Positions 18,604 to 27,455 of a stretch of 64,000 nucleotides of DNA are shown here, piece by piece (the stretch's first letter is position 1; the number at the start of each line of letters is the position of its first letter). The notes beneath the pieces were generated by a model. The model was not told where the DNA came from. It saw only the letters and a list, made by a program, of their open reading frames with translations, and searched no databases. A program made the position numbers and the translations under genes. The DNA lies in NCBI GenBank assembly GCA_000996355.1, contig LCAH01000001.1, positions 18,482 through 82,481 on the forward strand, in the 5' to 3' direction. Source of the DNA: Candidatus Uhrbacteria bacterium GW2011_GWC2_41_11. GTDB taxonomy: Bacteria; Patescibacteriota; Patescibacteriia; UBA9934; GWF2-40-263.

Positions 18604-19563
18604 ATGTCTTCTTTTTCTCTGATTGATCTCCATCAAGATCTTCTTTTACACATCAAACATCGTGAATTTTATCCACAAGAACATTGGCAAACAAATTTTG
18701 AAAAATTGATTCGTGCGCACGTTCGACTTGTAACAGCAACTGCTTTTCCGGTTCCGCCAAAAGAAAATTATTTTGACTCTGTCACCAATGAATTGATTGA
18801 ATCAGATTTGAAAGAATACAACACATATTGTATTCAAGATCCGCGTTTTTTTATTGTGCGTGGGTGTGAAGATGTAACAAAAGCTGTTCAGAATGCTGAA
18901 TCAAAAGATGTGTGCGGTATTCTTTTGCATGTGGAGGGATTAAATGTATTTGAAAATAATGATTGGACACGATTAGAACATTGGTATGATATAGGTTGGC
19001 GATCTTTGGGGATTGTCTGGAATCTTACGAATGGATTAGGAGGAGGAACAAAAGATCCAATCCAAGGATTGACTCGTCTTGGAGCTGAGGTAATTGAGTG
19101 GTGTCAACATAAGCGAATGATCATTGATTTTGCACATATGAACGAGCGAACTTTTTTTGATGTGATGAAAATTGTTCAAGGACCTATAATTGTGAGTCAT
19201 GGAAATGCATATACTCTTTGTTCAAATCAACGAAATTATACGGATGAACAGCTTCGTTGTGTGGCAGAGCGTGATGGGGTGGTTGGAATTTTTTTTGCGA
19301 AAACATTTTTAACAGGTGAACAGATAGCGACAGTTACGGATGTTGCAAATCATATGGATCATTTTCGGAAAGTGATGGGGATTGATCACATAGCGATTGG
19401 TTCAGATTTTGGTGGAATTATTACGGGGATGGTGAAAGGATTGGATGCCATTGATCGGATGCCTCTACTTTGGCAAGAATTAGAACAAAGAGGATATTCG
19501 TTTGAAATGATAGAAAAAATCGCCTGGAAAAATGCAGCCAGGGTCTTGCATGACATTTTATGA
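18604..19563 (+). CDS. membrane dipeptidase family (M19) metallopeptidase
   Basis: IDLHQD, HVEG, DFAH, VSHGN, RNYTDEQL, IGSDFGG. Confidence 0.9.
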   Translation: MSSFSLIDLHQDLLLHIKHREFYPQEHWQTNFEKLIRAHVRLVTATAFPVPPKENYFDSVTNELIESDLKEYNTYCIQDPRFFIVRGCEDVTKAVQNAESKDVCGILLHVEGLNVFENNDWTRLEHWYDIGWRSLGIVWNLTNGLGGGTKDPIQGLTRLGAEVIEWCQHKRMIIDFAHMNERTFFDVMKIVQGPIIVSHGNAYTLCSNQRNYTDEQLRCVAERDGVVGIFFAKTFLTGEQIATVTDVANHMDHFRKVMGIDHIAIGSDFGGIITGMVKGLDAIDRMPLLWQELEQRGYSFEMIEKIAWKNAARVLHDIL

Positions 19564-20324
19564 TTGGTATTTTTGATTCCGGAATTGGCGGACTTCCGAT
19601 TGCGCGAGCGATTCGTGATCTTGATTCGACGGTTGATCTTTTGTATTTCGGAGATGTGGCGCATGCTCCGTATGGAACGAAAGATCCGGAAGTAGTTCAA
19701 CAATTCGTGTTACGTGTGATGCGTCATTTGCGTTTAGAAGGAGCCACACTTCTTGTGAGTGCTTGCAACAGTGCATCTGTAACCGTGATTCGTCCGTTGA
19801 TGGATTTGTTTGGAATTTTAGAATCTGGAGTTGTGGAGATGGTTGGTCCAACGGTTCAAGCACTCAATCAAAAACAAAGTGGCCGAATCGTTGTTGTGGC
19901 AACTCCAACAACCGTTCGATCAGGAATGTATGAGCAGGGATTTGCTTCTGTTGGCTTAAAGGTATCTATGATTGCTTGTCCAGATTTAGCGCGCGCGATT
20001 GAGTTTGGAGATTCTAAGGCTGAGATTCAACGACAAGTTGAAAGAGCTGTCGAAGAAGTTTTGTTGCGTGGATGCGATACGCTTGTCCTTGGGTGTACGC
20101 ATTATCCATTTGCACGTTCATTTTTTGAGCAAGCATTCATCAAACACGAATGTCGGGTTGAAATTTTCGACCCAGCTCAAGCGGTTGCTTCGTATACGCT
20201 ATCTCGCTATAGCGAAAAAGGAGAAGGAAAAATACGCTTTCTTGTTTCAAAATATTCTCCTATTTTTGAACAACGTGTCACAGAATTATTTGGGTCACAT
20301 TCAGTGGAAGAAGTCATTTTATGA
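19560..20324 (+). CDS. murI: glutamate racemase
   Basis: IGIFDSGIGG, PYGTK, ACNSAS, VLGCTHYP. Confidence 0.93.
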   Translation: MIGIFDSGIGGLPIARAIRDLDSTVDLLYFGDVAHAPYGTKDPEVVQQFVLRVMRHLRLEGATLLVSACNSASVTVIRPLMDLFGILESGVVEMVGPTVQALNQKQSGRIVVVATPTTVRSGMYEQGFASVGLKVSMIACPDLARAIEFGDSKAEIQRQVERAVEEVLLRGCDTLVLGCTHYPFARSFFEQAFIKHECRVEIFDPAQAVASYTLSRYSEKGEGKIRFLVSKYSPIFEQRVTELFGSHSVEEVIL

Positions 20325-20905
20325 CAGATCATGCGTTACGTATCCTTTCTTTGGGAGGAGTCGTTGCTTTTCCAACAGAAACCGCCTATGCACTTGGAGC
20401 AGATGCGACGAATGATTCTGCTGTTGAACGTATTTTTTTGATAAAGGGAAGAGAAGAAGAAAAAACAGTTCCGCTTATTGCTTCAAGTTTGGAAATGGTT
20501 GAGAGATATGCCATTTTGTCTCAAACATTACAACAACTTGCAAATCAATATTGGCCAGGACCATTAACACTTATATTACCTGTACGAGACAATCATCATC
20601 TTGCTCCCCAGGTTGTTCGAATGAACGGAACCATAGCGATTCGAGTCTCTTCCCATCCTCTTGTACACGATTGGTCGCAAAAACTTGGGGTTCCTATTGT
20701 TTCCACATCAGCCAATCGATCAGGTGAACCAACATGTTATTCTATAAATGAAGTAAAACAATCTTTTTTGAACAAGGTTTATCAACCAGATTTTTTCTGG
20801 GATGGAGGAATTCTTCCTATTCGTAAACCGTCGACGATCATCATGGAAAAAGAAGGAAAAATTGTTGTCCTTCGTCAAGGGGAGATTTTTGTTTCTCTTT
20901 TTTAA
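20321..20905 (+). CDS. tsaC: L-threonylcarbamoyladenylate synthase (YrdC/TsaC)
   Basis: FPTETAYAL, IKGR, WPGPLT, STSANRSG, PSTII. Confidence 0.93.
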   Translation: MTDHALRILSLGGVVAFPTETAYALGADATNDSAVERIFLIKGREEEKTVPLIASSLEMVERYAILSQTLQQLANQYWPGPLTLILPVRDNHHLAPQVVRMNGTIAIRVSSHPLVHDWSQKLGVPIVSTSANRSGEPTCYSINEVKQSFLNKVYQPDFFWDGGILPIRKPSTIIMEKEGKIVVLRQGEIFVSLF

Positions 20906-20965
20906 GAATAAAAAATGGGAGGGGGCTGACGAAATACATTTCTTTTGGTACGCTGTGGTCGGTTT

Positions 20966-21053
20966 GGTGGGGTGGCCGAGCGGTTTAAGGCACCGGTCTT
21001 GAAAACCGGCAGACTGAAAGGTCTCGCGAGTTCGAATCTCGCCCCCACCGCCA
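20966..21053 (+). tRNA. tRNA-Ser(TGA)
   Basis: GGTGGGG/CCCCACC acceptor, G-CCA end, anticodon arm CCGGT-CT-TGA-AA-ACCGG, long variable arm AGAC-TGAAAG-GTCT. Confidence 0.96.
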
Positions 21054-21107
21054 GATTGGCAACTTTGAACCCAAGCAAAATAAGGGTTCTGCTGCTAAAA
21101 TTACAAG

Positions 21108-22154
21108 ATGATTTACAAGAAACCGGCAAAATTAAAAAGTGGTGACAAAGTAGCGATTGTGTCGCCGTCTTGGGGTGGCCCAAGTGTTTTCCCGCACGTA
21201 TACGAAAACGGTATCAAGTTCTTGAAGGAATGGGGTCTTGAAATCGTTGAATATCCAACTGCTCGCATGGATGCGGGTTTCCTACGAGAAAATCCTCAAG
21301 TCAGAGCTAAAGACATAAACGACGCATTTACTAATCCTGAAATCAAAGCAATCTTTGCTTCAATAGGAGGAGATGATTCGGTTCGGATTCTTCCTTTTGT
21401 AGATAAGAAAATAATCGCTGAAAATCCTAAAGTCTTAATGGGCTATTCGGATACTTCAACTCTCCACGTATTCGCAAATCTCCAAGGTCTTGTAACTTTC
21501 TACGGCCCTTCAATTATGGCCGGCTTCTCACAAATGGAATCTTTGCCGGAAAGTTTCAAATCTCACGTGCGAGAGGTACTCTTTGATCCAAAAGATAGTT
21601 ACGAATACAAAGCATATGGAACGTATTGCGATGGCTACTTAGATTGGTCAAACAAAGAGAATTTAGGAAAAACGAACCTGATGAAATCGGATGACGGCTG
21701 GCATTGGCTCCAAGGAAATTCCGTCGTTCAAGGAGAACTATTTGGCGGATGTATTGAAGTCTTGGAAATGATGAAGGCGACTGACTTCTGGCCATTAAAA
21801 GAGTTTTGGAAAGACAAGATACTTTTCTTAGAAACTTCGGAAGAGAAACCCTCTATCCATTACGTCGATCATGTTCTACGAAATTATGGAATGCTCGGCG
21901 TGTTCAATCAAATAAGTGGCTTTATCTTCTCTCGTGCACGAGACTATTCTGACGAGGAGAAAAAGGAGTTGGAAGAAAAGATTGTTACTATCGTTTCGAA
22001 AGAATTTAATAGGCCAGATTTGCCAGTTATCACCAACTTCGATGTGGGACACACTGATCCTCAGTTGGTCTTACCACTGGGGGTTAAGGCAGAAATTGAT
22101 TGTCAGTCTAAGAAAATTAGATTAGTAGAACCCTGGTTATCTTTAGACCTGTGA
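21108..22154 (+). CDS. S66 peptidase (LD-carboxypeptidase / MccF-like)
   Basis: GDKVAIVSPS, SIGGDDS, GYSDTS (Ser), FLETSEE (Glu), DVGHTDP (His). Confidence 0.92.
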   Translation: MIYKKPAKLKSGDKVAIVSPSWGGPSVFPHVYENGIKFLKEWGLEIVEYPTARMDAGFLRENPQVRAKDINDAFTNPEIKAIFASIGGDDSVRILPFVDKKIIAENPKVLMGYSDTSTLHVFANLQGLVTFYGPSIMAGFSQMESLPESFKSHVREVLFDPKDSYEYKAYGTYCDGYLDWSNKENLGKTNLMKSDDGWHWLQGNSVVQGELFGGCIEVLEMMKATDFWPLKEFWKDKILFLETSEEKPSIHYVDHVLRNYGMLGVFNQISGFIFSRARDYSDEEKKELEEKIVTIVSKEFNRPDLPVITNFDVGHTDPQLVLPLGVKAEIDCQSKKIRLVEPWLSLDL

Positions 22155-23110
22155 ATTCGATGACCTTACAATGTGATCGATGTGGAGAGAAACATTCTTA
22201 TAAAATTTCACAAAAAGATCTCGATTCTGGTTTAACTCTTAATTTCGCTTGTTTGAATATAAAAAGACTCCCAAGGGTTAGTAGTTTCCGCATTGATTTT
22301 ACAAAAAACGCGCCGTCCACGAAGAGGGAGGAGGAGGAAAGAGTCTCAACCCTTTATGGGCCGAATGATGTCGTGGCTAAAACTAACCGTAAAAACGAGA
22401 TCAATCAACCGAAGTTATGGTTGATTTACGATTTTGATCAGTATTTTGAAGAGATAATCAATTCATACATAATTGGCTCTTTTTATCCTGTTGCCACCTC
22501 CTGTACGGCTTTGGCAGAGAGATTGGTAAATCTTTTCATTATCAAAATGAGAGATTTACACACTCAGTCCCTTTTGGATGTTCAATTAAAAAAGTATGTT
22601 CACTCTCGTAATCAAAACTGGCAGTCGTTTGAGTTGAATATGAAAGTTCTACAAGTATGGAATTTACTCAATACTAATCAAAAAGGTTGGTTTAAGGACT
22701 TGCTTGATATTCGCAACAGGGCTGTCCACTTCCAATCAGCTTTTGATCCTCAGCCTGATTCATTGAAGGCAGTGCAAATCTTGCACAAGATTATCGATAG
22801 TTATTTCAGTCCATTTGAAAGAAAAGATGTCCTAAGGGTATTCGAGATACCAGGTGAAATATGGGTAAAAGAAGAAAAATTAAACGATCCTTTTGTTAAG
22901 GCCTTCATATTGCCCTGCTGCAGAGACTTTGCTTCTCAAGGAACGCTTAACAATAAAAATATTTACCACGAAAATGACGCTGTGATCGGACCATTTTCTG
23001 AAGCTGACTTCATTGAGCAGCGGAAAAATTACCAGGCCAATCTAACCTACGAACCTATATATCAGAAAGGAACTATCGAAGGTAAGGAGTTTACTTTTAG
23101 GATTATTTGA
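22151..23110 (+). CDS. hypothetical protein with N-terminal CxxC and HEPN-like RxxxxH motif
   Basis: GTG start overlaps the S66 stop; CDRC; helical core with IRNRAVH. Confidence 0.6.
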   Translation: MNSMTLQCDRCGEKHSYKISQKDLDSGLTLNFACLNIKRLPRVSSFRIDFTKNAPSTKREEEERVSTLYGPNDVVAKTNRKNEINQPKLWLIYDFDQYFEEIINSYIIGSFYPVATSCTALAERLVNLFIIKMRDLHTQSLLDVQLKKYVHSRNQNWQSFELNMKVLQVWNLLNTNQKGWFKDLLDIRNRAVHFQSAFDPQPDSLKAVQILHKIIDSYFSPFERKDVLRVFEIPGEIWVKEEKLNDPFVKAFILPCCRDFASQGTLNNKNIYHENDAVIGPFSEADFIEQRKNYQANLTYEPIYQKGTIEGKEFTFRII

Positions 23111-23330
23111 TTAGTAGATCTTTCGCGCAGACTTAGGTACCTCAAACCATTCGGGATGAACTTTGTAGATATCCCTTAGTTTCTGCATACTTTTATCAAG
23201 ATTTTCGAATTTGAGCCACGTTTTCCGTTCAAAGTTCCGGGCATCATCCCCGCCAATAGTTTTGAAAAGTGCGCCTAAAATATCCTTGTTTTAAGCTATA
23301 GTCCAAAATGAAAAAGTTGTAAAATGTAAG
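23111..23330 (-). repeat. repeat copy 1: 47-codon tail (23111..23254, - strand) plus attR-like site
   Basis: Encodes GGDDARNFERKTWLKFENLDKSMQKLRDIYKVHPEWFEVPKSARKIY*; homologous to the copy 745 bp downstream. Confidence 0.8.
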
Positions 23331-23355
23331 AACCCTAAAGGGATTCGAATTTCAA

Positions 23356-23820
23356 ATGACCAAAGAATTTAAGTATAAATTTGATGCTGGTCCAGTTGCT
23401 TCACAGGAAGATCTCTTGAGCGAATGGGCGATAGGTAATTGCCGCAGAGCAGTGCAGCTCTATACTTTTAGAAAGAAAAACCTCTTTCTAAAACTAGAGC
23501 AAGTTTTGTGTCCCGCGGCATATAATGAAACAGGTGTTTTTGTTATCAATAAAGATCAAGAGTTTTCTTTTGACTCTCTTGTAGACGGCGATATTATTTA
23601 CGCAGAGAAGATCAGAAATAAAAACGGTAAAGAAGTCGACAAAAGCGAAAATACTTTCAATTCAGCGGATGAGTATATTATTTCACTTCACACCGCTTTA
23701 TATACGGGAGAGAAAGACCGCGAAATATGGCATGCAACCGCAGTAGAAGGATCGAGTTGTTTCTGGCCACTTGAGAAATTTCTTCATTTTTATAAACCGA
23801 TTGTGGCAAAACGAGTATAA
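23356..23820 (+). CDS. hypothetical protein, NlpC/P60-like (Cys-His) fold suspected
   Basis: GNCRRAV ... GDIIY ... LHTALY ... IWHAT; single gene between the two repeats. Confidence 0.6.
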   Translation: MTKEFKYKFDAGPVASQEDLLSEWAIGNCRRAVQLYTFRKKNLFLKLEQVLCPAAYNETGVFVINKDQEFSFDSLVDGDIIYAEKIRNKNGKEVDKSENTFNSADEYIISLHTALYTGEKDREIWHATAVEGSSCFWPLEKFLHFYKPIVAKRV

Positions 23821-23855
23821 GTTTTATAATACCTATATGGCAAAGTCTAAATCTA

Positions 23856-24075
23856 CTAGTAGACCTTCTGGGCGAAAGTAGGTACCTCGAATAACTCCGG
23901 CTTTTCTTGGTACATTTGCCTCAATTTTCGTATAATTCTATCAACATTGCTGTAACTAAGCCGTCCTATCGGTTCAAAATTGCGGACATCGACACCGCCA
24001 ATAGTTTTGAAAAATAGGTGTCAAAATTTCCTTATTTTGCGTTACATTTTAAAACCAAAAAGTTGTAAATTTGAT
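23856..24075 (-). repeat. repeat copy 2: 47-codon tail (23856..23999, - strand) plus attR-like site
   Basis: Encodes GGVDVRNFEPIGRLSYSNVDRIIRKLRQMYQEKPELFEVPTFAQKVY*; shares CCGCCAATAGTTTTGAAAA and AAAAAGTTGTAAA with copy 1. Confidence 0.8.
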
Positions 24076-24112
24076 ACAAAGCAAAGAATTTTAAAAGTAC
24101 CTAACTGATTTT

Positions 24113-24745
24113 ATGGCGCTTCGATCCACGAGATTCGATGATTATTTTTTAAAAAATATAAATCCAGTTATTCGATTTTTGATTATTTCAGACACAGTTC
24201 TTCGAGGAGCCTCAGGATTACTTGGACCAATTTTTGCGTTTTTTATTCAGGGATTCGTAGAAGGAGGAGATGAAGCAGTTGCGGGCGTAGCGGCTGCTAT
24301 CTATCTTTTTACGAAAAGTATTTTTCAAATTCCTATCGCACATCTTATTGATCGAATCCGTGGAGAAAAAGACGATTTTTGGTTCATGTTTATCTTTACT
24401 CTTCTTATTGCGTTTATCCCATTATTTTATCTTGTTATCCATACACCTTTACAACTTTATGTGATTCAGTTTATTCTTGGAATTTTTACTGCGTTTACCT
24501 TTCCGACCTATATGGCAATTTTTACTCGCCACATAGATAAGACAAAAGAGGGGGTCGAATGGGGGATGTATTTTACTCTTACCGATTTGACAGGTGCCGC
24601 TTTTGCAGCCGTTGGAGGATATATTGCCATGAGTTCTGGTTTTCCAACCCTTATTATCGCCGTTGTTTTTCTTTCTGTCATCGGATCTCTTCTTCTTTTT
24701 CCCATTAAATCTTTTCTTCAGAAAAAGAATGATCTTCGTTTATAA
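24113..24745 (+). CDS. half-size (6-TM) MFS-type transporter
   Basis: Six hydrophobic helices; motif-A-like IAHLIDRIRGEK. Confidence 0.75.
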   Translation: MALRSTRFDDYFLKNINPVIRFLIISDTVLRGASGLLGPIFAFFIQGFVEGGDEAVAGVAAAIYLFTKSIFQIPIAHLIDRIRGEKDDFWFMFIFTLLIAFIPLFYLVIHTPLQLYVIQFILGIFTAFTFPTYMAIFTRHIDKTKEGVEWGMYFTLTDLTGAAFAAVGGYIAMSSGFPTLIIAVVFLSVIGSLLLFPIKSFLQKKNDLRL

Positions 24746-25064
24746 TTTAGCATGAGGTATTTATTCAGTTTTTTTATCCGTCTTGATTGGCGGATTTTTT
24801 GTTTAAAAATATTGACATTTTAAATTATTGTGTTAGTCTTTTTTGTTGCTCATTTACAATAATGGTTTGTCAACAGCAAATGGTCAGAAAACGAGTTTTT
24901 TGTCGATTTACTGTTGACAAACCTTGCAAAGAACAAGGTTCCTGAAAGTCTATCCTTTCCTGTCGACAGTTGTGAAGAGAAAGGAAAAATCTCGAAAAGA
25001 ACGGGATTTCAGGCCGAAAAGGTGTGGTGTAAAGAACACTACACACAAACAAATGGAGGAGAAG

Positions 25065-26297
25065 ATGAAAAAAGGAAAAGAGAATATTGCGATCAGCCAA
25101 CGGTTTTGCCGCTGGGCGGTTCGCGAAGATGGTCTCAAATTTGCTGGGAGTATCATCGCTATACTCATCATTGCTGGGTTCATCCTTGGCATTGATGTCG
25201 TAATCGCGATGTTCATGACGGACAAAGATCTTGTCCGGTTGATCGCCTGGTTCGGGATAATAGTTTTCGGATTTTTTGTCTTCACGTTTAGTCTGAGAAA
25301 CAGGTTTCATGAGGATGAACATCTGTGGGGCAGGGCTCTACAGCATCTTGGCGAAAAATTAGCTTATCAATTTTTCGTCAGACCGCACGAAGTCAGATTC
25401 GTCCATTTGTTCGGACTCAAGGAAACCAGGCGCCAGGCCGTGGAGGAAATTCGGAAATCCGATTATGGTTATTTTCTGGATTGGACGCGCAAGCATCTTG
25501 TCGTTCGTTCAATCAATGAGTTCCTTCTTTACCACGCGTTCATCCAATCTTCTATTCAAGAAGAAGGAATACGTCCGTCACCAGAGTTGCTTCGACTCAA
25601 GCGGCGGTTCTGGGCTGCTTGGAATATGGCTTCGGCTATGGGTATTCCGCTTCTCAAGGTGAAGGATTATGTCTTTTGTCGGAAAGCGGTTGATGTTCTT
25701 CCAACCTTTCAACCGTTTGATCGGTCGGACGAGATGTTGCGTTATTTCGATCGATTCTGCATACACGCGAATTGGGCCGTGCGAGATGAGAACACGGAAG
25801 TTGCACGAGCATGTCGGGATTTCCTCGGAACAGCCGGAGCGGATCTGGTCGCATACGTGGCGGACTCAGGGATTGATCTTCGAAAAACGAAGGTCGGTCA
25901 GGATGAAAGATCTGTTCCTTTTATCGAACGGATCGAAGCCGCGTTCGCATGTCGAGAAGCGGGAATGGATGAGTTGCATAAAATGTGTACGACGGCTCAA
26001 TGGAAGGCTGTCCTTGCCATGGAGCCACATGTTTTTCTCCCGATTCGGGAACAAGTCCTGTTTCATTCTGAAAGGGAAAAAGAAGGATATTTTCGACGGA
26101 TGGTGGACATCATGCATCCGACAGTTTTCTTCGATGTTTCACAAGCCGAACAAGGTCAGACGCCATGGCGGTATTCGGCTGGTGGACCGTATTGGTCTGA
26201 GATCCATAACGGTCGATGGATTGATGGAAAAGTTCGTCAGTCAGTCCTGGACGATGTTTTCGGCATTGGGTGGAATAAGGTCGGGAGGGTGTCATGA
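25065..26297 (+). CDS. hypothetical membrane protein (2 N-terminal TM)
   Basis: Part of ORF 24924..26297; GGAGGAG precedes ATG 25065; overlaps the next gene (ATGA). Confidence 0.65.
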   Translation: MKKGKENIAISQRFCRWAVREDGLKFAGSIIAILIIAGFILGIDVVIAMFMTDKDLVRLIAWFGIIVFGFFVFTFSLRNRFHEDEHLWGRALQHLGEKLAYQFFVRPHEVRFVHLFGLKETRRQAVEEIRKSDYGYFLDWTRKHLVVRSINEFLLYHAFIQSSIQEEGIRPSPELLRLKRRFWAAWNMASAMGIPLLKVKDYVFCRKAVDVLPTFQPFDRSDEMLRYFDRFCIHANWAVRDENTEVARACRDFLGTAGADLVAYVADSGIDLRKTKVGQDERSVPFIERIEAAFACREAGMDELHKMCTTAQWKAVLAMEPHVFLPIREQVLFHSEREKEGYFRRMVDIMHPTVFFDVSQAEQGQTPWRYSAGGPYWSEIHNGRWIDGKVRQSVLDDVFGIGWNKVGRVS

Positions 26298-27379
26298 AGA
26301 AATTAATTGATGTCGTTACTGTTTTTCTTTCTCTTGCATCAGCTATTACTACCTGGGAAGGTTTGCGATATGCAAACCGCCTTGCGGATACGGAACTTCA
26401 GCGGTTCTGGATTCCGACAGCAGTGGCAATCTGTTTCTTCCTTTGTGCCTCTGCTTTCTGGCTGTCTTTGTTTCAGTGGTATCCGAAGGCAGACAAGGAA
26501 AAAAAATCCAAACTCCAGCTTATTGTTGTTGGGGGATGTGCGGTTATCTTTTTCGGTTCGACTTTGTGGTCGGTCATTGGCATCGGAGGCATCTCGGCCA
26601 TGACCTATCATATGAGCGGCACGATCAACGACGCAGATGCTATTCAAGGTTCTTTGTCCAGGCGCGTTGAACGAGAATGGAGTGTGGCAACTTCTCTGCA
26701 ATATCTCGAGCAGCAATTTCAAACCTTGTCTAATCTCGAGGAAAAGCAAGGAGCTTTCAGTGGATATGCCAACACGGGAGACGTGACTATTCAGTTAGAA
26801 TCTCTCTCAAAGGCGCTTGGGAATCTTCGCACGGTTCTTCAGAAAAATGCGGAAGAAAGTCGGACGGATCTGTCCGAATCCAAGGATCGCGTTGAAAAAC
26901 TTCGGCAGATTGTTGACGAGCCGGAAACACCCATTTCCAAAAGGATGAGCGATTTCAGCAAGGCACTGACCTCGTTGAACGAAGTATTTCAGCGAGTTCA
27001 GAGTCGACAAATGGCCAGTTTTGTCCGTGAGATCTCCGGAGACCTCGATACATTTGCTGCGGTTCAGGCACCTACGCAAAAAAATGATGTCGGAGAGGCG
27101 CAGCGTGCGGCCTTGGATCGGCTCAAGGCAACTGTGGTCGCGGCAAAGCAAACATTAAAGAAAATCTCGGAAGGGGCTGAAAGCTCTGAAGAGATAAAAC
27201 TCAAGAACTTGACTACAATTTCGCCCGGCATGGCAGTCATCAAATATGCCGGGGCGATTGTGGGAGAGATCGCAGCAGCTATTGCGCTGGATTTTTTTCC
27301 GGTCATCTTCTTTATCATTCTTGCCCTGACAGCGGATATTCGCAAAAAGGAACAGGAAGAGGAAGAAGGACTCGAATAA
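26294..27379 (+). CDS. membrane protein with 3 TM, long coiled coil and C-terminal TM
   Basis: Hydrophobicity pattern and heptad-rich central region; GGGAGG SD. Confidence 0.7.
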   Translation: MKKLIDVVTVFLSLASAITTWEGLRYANRLADTELQRFWIPTAVAICFFLCASAFWLSLFQWYPKADKEKKSKLQLIVVGGCAVIFFGSTLWSVIGIGGISAMTYHMSGTINDADAIQGSLSRRVEREWSVATSLQYLEQQFQTLSNLEEKQGAFSGYANTGDVTIQLESLSKALGNLRTVLQKNAEESRTDLSESKDRVEKLRQIVDEPETPISKRMSDFSKALTSLNEVFQRVQSRQMASFVREISGDLDTFAAVQAPTQKNDVGEAQRAALDRLKATVVAAKQTLKKISEGAESSEEIKLKNLTTISPGMAVIKYAGAIVGEIAAAIALDFFPVIFFIILALTADIRKKEQEEEEGLE

Positions 27380-27385
27380 ATACTT

Positions 27386-27411
27386 CCGTCGGTTTTCACC
27401 GGCGGTTTTTT
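27386..27411 (+). terminator. intrinsic terminator
   Basis: CCGTCGGT-TTTC-ACCGGCGG plus T-tract. Confidence 0.7.
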
Positions 27412-27455
27412 GTTTGCGATAAACAAAAGAGACCAGTATACTAAAAGGAACGAAT

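Larger units (their letters stand above)
21030..24012. mobile_element. tRNA-Ser-anchored cassette island with one attL-like and two attR-like sites; no recombinase gene inside
   Basis: CCGCCA core at 21048, 23250 and 23995, each inside a GTTCRAA-N27-TTTGAA inverted repeat; cargo uses AGA/AGG and CTA codons more than flanking host genes (by eye). Confidence 0.75.

Noticed and set aside
20902-21183. ORFs spanning tRNA-Ser (20902..21183 -, 20945..21145 +) and similar ORFs across tRNA-Lys
   Set aside because: Shadow translations of tRNA genes; the frame that would join the 47-aa tails closes 14 codons outside the tRNA, so no recombinase body remains.
21075-24040. 11-bp inverted match GCAAAATAAGG (21075) / CCTTATTTTGC (24030) as transposon ends
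   Set aside because: Short and AT-rich, no target duplication, and it does not coincide with the att-defined boundaries; may be chance or an accessory site.
23111-24075. Classical integron attC sites or tRNA pseudogenes
   Set aside because: No RYYYAAC/GTTRRRY-bounded hairpin and no cloverleaf; similarity to the tRNA is limited to the CCGCCA core and a GTTCRAA motif.
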